The translations under genes were made by a program, and so were the position numbers. Of a stretch of 64,000 bases of DNA, positions 14,945 through 22,933 are shown in pieces. Source of the stretch: Pirellulales bacterium (GTDB lineage Bacteria; Planctomycetota; Planctomycetia; Pirellulales; JALHPA01). The stretch's first letter is position 1. Each line of letters starts with the position of its first letter. The notes under the pieces were generated by a model, which made no database searches, was not told the DNA's origin, and was given only the letters and a program-made list of their open reading frames with translations. Location of the stretch: positions 7,169 through 71,168 of the forward strand of contig JBGSSS010000210.1 in NCBI GenBank assembly GCA_041736895.1. The letters are read 5' to 3'.

Positions 14945-17900
14945 CTACTTGTTCAATACCTCGTCCAAATTCAGCAATTCATTGACCAGCATTGTCCATG
15001 CCGCGAGTTCTTCGGCCGCCAGCTTTTCATCTGGCTTCGAGTCGCCGACCGTGATGACTTGTTTCGCTTCGTCGGGCTTCCCTTTGTACGCCGCGCGGAG
15101 GTCCGCGAGCGACGCGGTGACGACTTCTTGTTCTGCCGGTTTCAATGAACGGGCGAGCAAGCGCCGCGCGATTTGATCGACCTTGGCCAAGTCATCCGGC
15201 GCGCCTGTCAGCAACACCGTTTGGGCCAAGTGCCGCGCGGATTCGACGAATTGCGGATCGTTAAGCGTTACGAGCGCTTGCAGCGGCGTATTCGTGCGAT
15301 CGCGGCGCACCGTGCAGAGCTCACGGTTCGTCGCGTTGAAGATTTCGAGCGATGCCGGCGGCGCGGCGCGTTTGACAAAGGTGTACATGCTTCGGCGATA
15401 GAGGTTCTCGCCCGTGTCTTGCTTGTAGCTGCGCGTGTCGCTGCCGGGCATCGCCACGGCTTCCCAAACTCCCGGCGGTTGATAGGGGCGAACGCTCGGG
15501 CCGCCGATTTTCGGCACCAAGATTCCGCTCGCGGCGAGCGCGTAATCGCGCACCATCTCGGCATCCATCCGGAACCGCGGGCCGCGCGAGAGCAAACGAT
15601 TCGCCGGATCCTTGAGCAACTTTTCCGGCGTCGCGACAGCCGCTTGGCGATACGTCGCCGACATGACGAGCTGTTTATAGAACTGTTTCATGTCCCAGTT
15701 CTTTTCGCGGAATTCGACTGCTAGATAATCGAGCAACTCGGGATGCGATGGCAACTCGCCGGCGATGCCGAAGTCGCCTGCCGTTTTCACAATCCCGGTG
15801 CCGAAGAGCTCTTGCCACATCCGGTTCACCGCGACACGTGCGGTTAGGGGATGCTCGGGCAACAGCAGCCACTGCGCGAGACCCAGGCGGTTCTTGGGAA
15901 GATCATCGGGGTACTTCGGCAGCGCGGCGGGAACTTGCGGCACGACTTCGTCCTTGCGCTGATCGTATTCGCCGCGATTGAGGACATAAGCTTTCGGCAT
16001 GCTCGGTTTTTCATTCATGACGTGGGCGATCGTGCCGCGCGATTTGATGGCGACTTCTTCTTGCCGCAGTTTTTCGAGCGCCGCGTTTTCTTGCTTGTAT
16101 GGTTCATCGAAATTGCTCAGCCAATAATCGCGCAGTTCATTGGTATCTTTGGCATCGCGTTTGTCGGCCGGTTTGGCAAAGATTTCGCGGAGCTTGGTGT
16201 TTTTGCTCAGGCCAGCAATTTCGGTCCCGGCCAGTTGCTTGGCGAAGATACGGACATCCTGGATTTGCAAGCCTGCGACACGGCTCGTGCTGCTGCGCTG
16301 GCCGAGTTTCCAGGGCACATCGGTTGCGAGTTCGCCGCTGAGTTTATCCGCTTCGACGTCGAACGGTTCGAGTACACCATTGATGTAAATCTTGATACCG
16401 CTGCTTTTCTTCGAGCCGTCATACGTCACAAAAACGTGGTACCACTGCTTCGGTTTGAGCTTCTGCTTGCCGACGACCTTGAGCGCGTTGTCGGGCCAGG
16501 CTGAAACGAGATGGGTTCCGATCCGGTCGTCTTGCAGCCAAAGGTCCCAGCCGCGAAAGTCTTTCTGATCATCCATCCGCGCAAACACGGCGCCCGTGAA
16601 GCCGCGCTTGGGAATTTGAATCCAGGCTCCGAAACTAAAAGCGTCCGCGGCTTTGAAGTTGCCGACTTGCGGCAGTTCCAGCGTGTTTTTCTGAGCCTCG
16701 ACCGCGAGCGCTTTATCAGTGAGCGTTTTGGGGTTTTTGCTCACGACCCATTTGTAGCCGTTGTTGAACTTGAGCTTGGTAGGCTCGTCGTTGACGGCAC
16801 AAGTCACATCATTTCCCTTGCCTTCGTCGAGCTTGAGCTGCAATTGCAGTTGGTCACGCGCTTCAGCGCCGAAAATCTTGTCAGCCGAGGCGCCCGCGAG
16901 CCAAATTTGGAACTCTGGTTCCGCGGCTTTTTTTCGGGCTTCGAGCTTGGCATTGGCCGCGTCCATCGCGACGAGCAATTTCTCGTAGCGCGGCTGATCG
17001 CTGAGTGACGGAACTTGGATGATCGGCGGCGTGTTGCGGACGTTGCCATCTTTGGCGGCTTGCGTCGTGTTGTTGAAGAACGCCGCGAGTTGATAGAACT
17101 CCTTTTGCGAGACGGGGTCGAACTTGTGATCGTGGCAGACAGCGCATTGCGTGGTTAACCCGAGCCAAATCTGCGACGTCGTTTCCGTCCGATCACGCGT
17201 GTAAAGGACCAGGTACTCTTCGTCGATGATCCCGCCTTCGTTGGTGGTGATGTTGCAGCGGTTGAACCCACTGCCGATCTTTTGCTCGAGCGTTGAATTG
17301 GGCAGCAGATCGCCCGCCAGGTTTTCGAGCGTGAACTGGTCATAGGTCATGTTGCGATTGAACGCCCCGATCAGCCAATCGCGGTACGACCACATCTCGC
17401 GATAGTTGTCAAAGTGAATGCCGTGGGTGTCGCCATAGCGCGCGTAGTCGAGCCAGTATCGTGCACGGTGTTCGCCCCATTGCGGGGTGGCCATCAATTT
17501 GTCAACGTAACGCTCGTAATAATCTGGCCGTGTGTCGGCGACAAACGCTTCAACCGCCTCGGGTGTTGGCGGCAAACCAGTTAGGTCGAGACTCAAACGC
17601 CGCGCGAGTGTCCGGCGATCGGCTTCGGCGGCCGGGGCGAGGCCCGCCTCTTCGAGCTCGGCAAGGATGAACTGATCGATGGGGTTGCGGACCCAGGCTT
17701 TGTTCTTCACCGCCGGCAGTTCGCCGCGCTTCGGGGCGATGAACGACCAGTGCGGCTGATACTCGGCCCCTTCGCTGATCCAGCGCTTGAGCAGCTCGCG
17801 CTCCTCGGGCTTCAGCTTCTTATGCGAAGCCGGCGGCGGCATGATCATCTCGGGATCGGTGCTGGTGATCCGCTCCCAGGCGGAGCTTTTCTCGAGCTTG

Positions 17901-18148
17901 CCCGGGACGATCGCGCCGGCTTCGATCGCCGCTTCACGTTTGTCGAGCCGGAGGTCGGCCTTGCGCGAAGCCGAGTCGGCCCCATGACAGGCGAAACAGT
18001 TCTCGACCAAGATCGGGCGAATGTCGCGGTTGTATTGCAGCGGCTTCTTGGTAGCGGTGGCTTCAGCCGCCGAGGCAAGAGAGATGCACGCCAGCGAAAA
18101 GCCTATGACGAGCGTGAACCGATCCAGTGTCTTTAGCGCATTCAACAT
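14945..18148 (-). CDS. PSCyt1/DUF1549/LamG-like/DUF1553 (PSD1) protein
   Basis: Signal peptide; planctomycete cytochrome-c motif ENCFACHG; DUF1549 and DUF1553 blocks; central concanavalin/LamG-like insert. Confidence 0.9.
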   Translation of the reverse strand: MLNALKTLDRFTLVIGFSLACISLASAAEATATKKPLQYNRDIRPILVENCFACHGADSASRKADLRLDKREAAIEAGAIVPGKLEKSSAWERITSTDPEMIMPPPASHKKLKPEERELLKRWISEGAEYQPHWSFIAPKRGELPAVKNKAWVRNPIDQFILAELEEAGLAPAAEADRRTLARRLSLDLTGLPPTPEAVEAFVADTRPDYYERYVDKLMATPQWGEHRARYWLDYARYGDTHGIHFDNYREMWSYRDWLIGAFNRNMTYDQFTLENLAGDLLPNSTLEQKIGSGFNRCNITTNEGGIIDEEYLVLYTRDRTETTSQIWLGLTTQCAVCHDHKFDPVSQKEFYQLAAFFNNTTQAAKDGNVRNTPPIIQVPSLSDQPRYEKLLVAMDAANAKLEARKKAAEPEFQIWLAGASADKIFGAEARDQLQLQLKLDEGKGNDVTCAVNDEPTKLKFNNGYKWVVSKNPKTLTDKALAVEAQKNTLELPQVGNFKAADAFSFGAWIQIPKRGFTGAVFARMDDQKDFRGWDLWLQDDRIGTHLVSAWPDNALKVVGKQKLKPKQWYHVFVTYDGSKKSSGIKIYINGVLEPFDVEADKLSGELATDVPWKLGQRSSTSRVAGLQIQDVRIFAKQLAGTEIAGLSKNTKLREIFAKPADKRDAKDTNELRDYWLSNFDEPYKQENAALEKLRQEEVAIKSRGTIAHVMNEKPSMPKAYVLNRGEYDQRKDEVVPQVPAALPKYPDDLPKNRLGLAQWLLLPEHPLTARVAVNRMWQELFGTGIVKTAGDFGIAGELPSHPELLDYLAVEFREKNWDMKQFYKQLVMSATYRQAAVATPEKLLKDPANRLLSRGPRFRMDAEMVRDYALAASGILVPKIGGPSVRPYQPPGVWEAVAMPGSDTRSYKQDTGENLYRRSMYTFVKRAAPPASLEIFNATNRELCTVRRDRTNTPLQALVTLNDPQFVESARHLAQTVLLTGAPDDLAKVDQIARRLLARSLKPAEQEVVTASLADLRAAYKGKPDEAKQVITVGDSKPDEKLAAEELAAWTMLVNELLNLDEVLNK

Positions 18149-18522
18149 CGCACGAACCTGATTACAGAGGCGGATACGAGGAAATCAACTAGCGGGTGAC
18201 GTCGACGAAGGTGGGATTGTGGACTGTCGAAGTCGTTTGCAGTAGCGAAGCAGAGGACCAGTCCTGCAATCGCGAAATGGCATCTCATTGTTCGGCAAAG
18301 CCAAACAACGCCCAATCGTTACAGGAAGAGTGCAGGGCAAGAACGTTAGACGTCAGCCCGGTCCATGAGATACCCTGCGGCCTTCAAAAAACTGAAGTAA
18401 CGCAGAGGTCGCAGGAAGTAACCGCCGGTAGCACTCTTCGCCACGACAGAATTTTAGTATAGTTTTGCGGAGGAAACTTGGCAAGGAAAATGACGAATCT
18501 GTTCTTAGCCGATTTTTGGCAT

Positions 18523-18585
18523 AAGGATAAAGGAACAAGGAAAAAGGTGGTTTTACCCCACCTTTTTCCTTATCCCTTTTTCCTT
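18523..18585. repeat. long imperfect palindrome (core GGAAAAAGGTGG-TTTTACC-CCACCTTTTTCC)
   Basis: Core stems at 18539-18550 and 18558-18569, extended by AAGGATAAAGGAACAA / TTATCCCTTTTTCCTT. Lies in the divergent promoter region between 18148 and 18612. Confidence 0.55.
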
Positions 18586-18611
18586 CGAATATAAGTGCGA
18601 ACATTTCAATT

Positions 18612-19877
18612 ATGGAAAAGCCGCATCCCATTGCGCTGCCCTCAGTTCTCATCATCGGCGGTGGCGTCATCGGCGCTGCTTCAGCGCATTATCTTTCGCA
18701 AGCTGGCTGCAAGGTCACCATCATTGACCGCGGCCGGTTCGCCGGGGCATGCTCGCACGCCAATTGCGGTCTCATCTCCCCGAGCCATGTCCTGCCGCTT
18801 GCCGAACCGGGGATGCTGAGCGCTGGGCTCAAAGCGATGCTCAACCCGGCATCGCCGCTGCGCATCAAGCCCCGTTTGGATTGGCAGTTCCTGAAGTGGC
18901 TATTCAACTTTGGCCGGCGCTGCAACTTCGAGGACATGCTAGAAAGCGCGCGCGGCATTCAACCGTTGCTCGATTCTTCGCGCGAATTGTACGATGAATT
19001 AGTCAAGGTCCAAGGGCTCGCCTGCGAGTGGCAGACGCAAGGGTGCTTGTTCGTCTACAAGACGAAGGAGGCACTCGACCACTTCGGCGCAACCGACAAA
19101 CTACTAGGCGAAGTTTTCAACGCCGGCAGCACGTTGATCCGCGGCCATGAACTCACGGACTTCGAACCGGCGCTCAAGCCGGGACTCGCCGGCGGCTGGT
19201 TTCACTCGCACGATGCGCATCTGCGCCCTGATGTGTTGATGAAGTCGTGGCGGGCGCACCTGGAACGCGGGGGCGTGACGATCCGCGAGCAGTGTGAGCT
19301 GCAAGATTGGATCATGACCGATGGCCGCGTGACCGGAGCGCGCACGTCGCAAGGGAACTACGAAGCTGATCAAGTTGTCGTCGCCACGGGCGCGCTGACG
19401 CCGCTCTTGCACAAACTCCTTGGCGTCAAAGTTCCGATTCAACCGGGCAAAGGTTACTCGATCACGATGCCGCGCCCGAGCATCTGCCCGACGCACCCGA
19501 TGCTCCTGCCCGAGGCGCGCGTCGCCGTGACGCCGTTCGACACCGGCTATCGTCTCGGGTCAATCATGGAACTCGCTGGGTACGACGACACGCTCGATCC
19601 CAAGCGCGTCGCGCTGCTCAAGAACGGCGCGCGGGATTACTTGCATGAACCGACTGCCGAACCGGTAGTCGAAACGTGGTTCGGGTGGCGGCCAATGACA
19701 CCCGACAGCCGGCCGATCATCGACCGCGCGCCGATCGCGGAGAATGTCTGGCTCGCGGCGGGCCACAACATGCTCGGCCTCAGCATGGCCCCGGCGACGG
19801 GTAAACTCGTCAGCGAATTGATCCTCGGCAAGCAACCGCACGTCAACCCGCGGCCGTATCGATTGGATCGGTTTTGA
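18612..19877 (+). CDS. FAD-dependent oxidoreductase (D-amino-acid dehydrogenase-like)
   Basis: VLIIGGGVIGAASAHYLSQAGCKVTIIDR dinucleotide-binding motif. DAO-family length and C-terminal GHNMLGLSMAPATG. Confidence 0.85.
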   Translation: MEKPHPIALPSVLIIGGGVIGAASAHYLSQAGCKVTIIDRGRFAGACSHANCGLISPSHVLPLAEPGMLSAGLKAMLNPASPLRIKPRLDWQFLKWLFNFGRRCNFEDMLESARGIQPLLDSSRELYDELVKVQGLACEWQTQGCLFVYKTKEALDHFGATDKLLGEVFNAGSTLIRGHELTDFEPALKPGLAGGWFHSHDAHLRPDVLMKSWRAHLERGGVTIREQCELQDWIMTDGRVTGARTSQGNYEADQVVVATGALTPLLHKLLGVKVPIQPGKGYSITMPRPSICPTHPMLLPEARVAVTPFDTGYRLGSIMELAGYDDTLDPKRVALLKNGARDYLHEPTAEPVVETWFGWRPMTPDSRPIIDRAPIAENVWLAAGHNMLGLSMAPATGKLVSELILGKQPHVNPRPYRLDRF

Positions 19878-20066
19878 TTTTGCTTGCGCGAAGGAATGCA
19901 ATTTTCCTTCGCGCTCCTCGCGGCTGCGCGCGAAATTAGCGTTATTTCTGTAAGAGTTGGGTTGCTGAACGGTAATCCTTATGATGCGTCATGAATTTGA
20001 CTTTTTCGCCTTTGCTGCAAAGATTCTGCGACGATTCCCAAGTCGAGCTCTCCCTTTTTAAATCTT

Positions 20067-21158
20067 ATGCCTGATCTCTTTTCTGAATTCGAACTCCGCG
20101 GCGTTCGTCTCAAGAATCGCATTGCGATGTCGCCGATGTGTCAGTATTCGGCCATCGATGGGGTGCCAAATGAATGGCATCATGTCCATCTCGGGTCGCA
20201 TGCGATTGGCGGCACGGGGTTGATCATTGTTGAGGCGACGGCCGTCTCGCCCGAGGGGCGGATCAGTCCGGGTTGCACGGGGCTCTGGAACGACACGCAG
20301 CGCGACGCATTTGTGCCGATCGTGAAGTTCCTTGAAAGCCAAGGTTCGATGCCGGGCATTCAACTGGCCCACGCGGGCCGCAAAGCCAGTGCCCAGCGGC
20401 CGTGGGAAGGGGACGCGCATCTGCCCGCCGAACATCCCGACGCCTGGGAACCGGTCGCGCCGTCGGCGCTGGCGTTCGGCGCAAATCTGCCGCGCGTGCC
20501 GCGTGAATTGACCATCCCCGAGATCACGAAGATTCGCGAAGACTTTGTCGCCGCGACGAAGCGCGCCGTGCAAGCCGGGTTCAAGTGGCTGGTTCTGCAC
20601 TTCGCGCATGGGTACCTGGGCCAGAGTTTCTTTTCGCCGCTGGCGAACAAACGCACCGATGACTGTGGCGGCAGCTTCGAGAACCGCGCACGGTTCTTGC
20701 TTGAGACGTTGCAAGCGGTGCGCGAAGTTTGGCCGGCCGAGTACCCGCTCACCGCGCGGCTCGGCGTGATCGATTATGTCGAGGGCGAACAGCCGCTCGA
20801 AGAATCAATTGAACTCGTGCGGCAAATGAAAGCCGCCGGGCTCGATCTGGTCGATGTCAGCATGGGCTTCAACACGCCGAATATCAGTAATGTGCCGTGG
20901 AAAGAACACGCCTTCCTCGCCCCGATCGCCGCGCGGATCAAGCAAGAGGTCGGTATCCCCGTCACGTCGTCTTGGAACTTCAGTGACACGGTGAAGATCA
21001 ACGAACTGATCCAAAACGGGTCGATTGACTTGGTCAATCTCGGCAAGACGCTGCTCAGTGATCCCAACTGGCCGTATCATGCGGCGCAGACACTCGGAAA
21101 AAATCGACCGCAGGATATTCTGGCGATACAATACGGGCATTGGCTGAAGCAACGCTGA
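20067..21158 (+). CDS. NADPH dehydrogenase / NADH:flavin oxidoreductase, Old Yellow Enzyme family (YqjM/NamA-like)
   Basis: LKNRIAMSPMCQYSA...WHHVHLGSHAIGGTGLIIVEATAV...HFAHGYLGQSFFSPLANKRTD. Confidence 0.9.
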   Translation: MPDLFSEFELRGVRLKNRIAMSPMCQYSAIDGVPNEWHHVHLGSHAIGGTGLIIVEATAVSPEGRISPGCTGLWNDTQRDAFVPIVKFLESQGSMPGIQLAHAGRKASAQRPWEGDAHLPAEHPDAWEPVAPSALAFGANLPRVPRELTIPEITKIREDFVAATKRAVQAGFKWLVLHFAHGYLGQSFFSPLANKRTDDCGGSFENRARFLLETLQAVREVWPAEYPLTARLGVIDYVEGEQPLEESIELVRQMKAAGLDLVDVSMGFNTPNISNVPWKEHAFLAPIAARIKQEVGIPVTSSWNFSDTVKINELIQNGSIDLVNLGKTLLSDPNWPYHAAQTLGKNRPQDILAIQYGHWLKQR

Positions 21159-21164
21159 GCAAAT

Positions 21165-21192
21165 GATAGTTGATAATGGACAATTGACAATG
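21165..21192 (+). repeat. AT-rich heptanucleotide tandem array (GACAATT/GATAATG type)
   Basis: GATAGTT GATAATG GACAATT GACAATG, between the OYE gene stop and the cupin gene start. Confidence 0.75.
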
Positions 21193-21217
21193 AATACGAG
21201 TCGTTGCTTCGTTCTCC

Positions 21218-21249
21218 CGTTTAGCGGCGACTCGAAGAGGAGCGTTCTT
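21218..21249 (-). repeat. 32-nt dispersed repeat, inverted copy
   Basis: See 5981-6012. About 30 of 32 positions match by eye. Confidence 0.7.
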
Positions 21250-21275
21250 CGGCTGATATTTCAAGAAAGATTTTT

Positions 21276-21746
21276 ATGAGCACGACCTCCCTCGCCGGTT
21301 CCGTCTACTCCGTCGTCGGCGACAAGTACGTCTTCCTGACCACCGGCGCGGAGACGAACGGCGCGTATGCCGTGTTCGAGTTCTTCATCCCGCCCGGCGG
21401 TGGTTCACCGCCGCACATGCATACGCGCGAGGACGAGGCGTTTGCGGTGATCGATGGTCAATTCGATTTTCATGTCGCCGGCAAAGTCGAACGTCGTGGC
21501 CCGGGGGAGTATCTCTTCGCGCCGCGGAACATCCCGCATTTCTTTCACAACGTTGGCAAGACGGTCGGGCACATGATCTGTATCGTGACGCCGGCCGGCT
21601 TGGAAAACTTCTTTGCGGAATTTGGGACGCGGCTGGCCTCGCGCGACGCGACGGCGATTCCACCCGGTCCGGAGGAAATCTCGCGGCTTAAGGCCGCCGC
21701 GCCGAAATATGGCCTCGAACTCTTGCCGCCGCCGGAGCAGGATTGA
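21276..21746 (+). CDS. cupin domain-containing protein
   Basis: GGGSPPHMHTREDEAFAVIDGQFDFHV...PRNIPHFFHN cupin motifs 1 and 2. Confidence 0.8.
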   Translation: MSTTSLAGSVYSVVGDKYVFLTTGAETNGAYAVFEFFIPPGGGSPPHMHTREDEAFAVIDGQFDFHVAGKVERRGPGEYLFAPRNIPHFFHNVGKTVGHMICIVTPAGLENFFAEFGTRLASRDATAIPPGPEEISRLKAAAPKYGLELLPPPEQD

Positions 21747-21753
21747 AGGGGCG

Positions 21754-22692
21754 TTAGTCCTTGAGCAATTCCGCCAGCGGAGTCAGCTTCGGGAATTTCT
21801 GGGCTTCTAGTTCGCGCAGATACACGGCCCCAAGTTTCTTGTCGCGCTCCAGCAGTTCCGCGGCGGTGATGTTGGGGAGCAACATGCGAACTTGCTCTTC
21901 TTTCTCTCCGCCCATCGCAATGATGCCTTTGGCAAACCACAGCCGATATTTCAACAAAATCTTGCTGGCAAAATCGCTGGCCCCTTCGTTCTCGGTGATC
22001 CGATCTTCATTCCAGCGCAGTTTGTCGCTGAATTTTTTCGGATCGGGAAACTGCAACAGTTCCGGCGGGATCTTTTCCCCAATTCGGGACGCACGGACCA
22101 CCAACTGCGGCTCTTCGTCGTCCGGACCAGTGCAGGTGTAACGAAACCAATCACGTTTCTTACGATCAAATTCCAACAAGTCGAGTTTCTTGTTCTCGCG
22201 TTTGGTCATGAGCTGCACATGATCTTGTTTCGTCTGGCCGCGGACCAAGTCTTTCGCTTCTTCAAATGTTTGGAATTCGATCTTGGGGAGACACTCGAGG
22301 AGTTTGTCGGCGTCCTTGCTGGCTCCGCCACGGAAGTTAAAGTAAAACGCTTTTTCTTCGGGCAAGTAGCGCAGATGAAAGCCAAAACAACTTTTCGGCA
22401 CCAAGGTCACTTGATCCTGTGCCAGGTCGTAGATCAGAGTCTCGTCCCCGTTCGAGATGAAGATGGGAACGTTATCCACGGCGTCGAAGATCGAGAACAA
22501 ATGTTTTTGGCCATCGGTCGCGACCCGATAGGCGAGACCGCGCTTGTTCGGGTCGATCACATAGCTCTCGACAACAAACGACGTTTTCCCCTCGGCCACC
22601 CGCAAGGCAGGCACGACCGGGAGCTGTTCCTCGGCAGACAAAGCGGTAGCCAGCGTTAGGATCGCGAGCATTACAAAGAACGGACATTTCAT
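21754..22692 (-). CDS. hypothetical secreted protein
   Basis: MKCPFFVMLAILTLATALSAEEQ signal peptide at the internal ATG 22692. The ORF-track 5' extension runs through a heptamer array and is rejected. No family recognised. Confidence 0.6.
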   Translation of the reverse strand: MKCPFFVMLAILTLATALSAEEQLPVVPALRVAEGKTSFVVESYVIDPNKRGLAYRVATDGQKHLFSIFDAVDNVPIFISNGDETLIYDLAQDQVTLVPKSCFGFHLRYLPEEKAFYFNFRGGASKDADKLLECLPKIEFQTFEEAKDLVRGQTKQDHVQLMTKRENKKLDLLEFDRKKRDWFRYTCTGPDDEEPQLVVRASRIGEKIPPELLQFPDPKKFSDKLRWNEDRITENEGASDFASKILLKYRLWFAKGIIAMGGEKEEQVRMLLPNITAAELLERDKKLGAVYLRELEAQKFPKLTPLAELLKD

Positions 22693-22895
22693 CGTCGCAC
22701 CCCGTGTCCAGAGATTGGCTGAAGACCATACAAGAATACGACAGCTCGAGGTTTTCGAACAATCCCGATTCGCCGAGCCTTTTCCGTAGTCCAAGCTGTC
22801 AGCATCGAGTATCTTGAGGAATTCCGCGCGGCGGGGAAGATCGCGCGGGCGATCCAGCGGGCGGAACCGCTGGGATTCGACAGGGCATGGGTATG

Positions 22896-22931
22896 CCCCC
22901 AACCCTCAATCCCGAACCCCCAATCCCGAAC
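22896..22931 (+). repeat. C-rich heptanucleotide tandem array (CCCCAAT type)
   Basis: CCCCCAA CCCTCAA TCCCGAA CCCCCAA TCCCGAA C. Ends 2 nt before ATG 22934. Confidence 0.8.
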
Positions 22932-22933
22932 TC

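Noticed and set aside
22814-22933. N-terminal ORF extensions through heptamer arrays (22814-22933, 28897-29067, 6742-7173, 26970-27005)
   Set aside because: They encode translated repeats (PNPQSRTPNPEL, SIVHYQLSI). Internal ATGs give family-typical N-termini immediately after the arrays.
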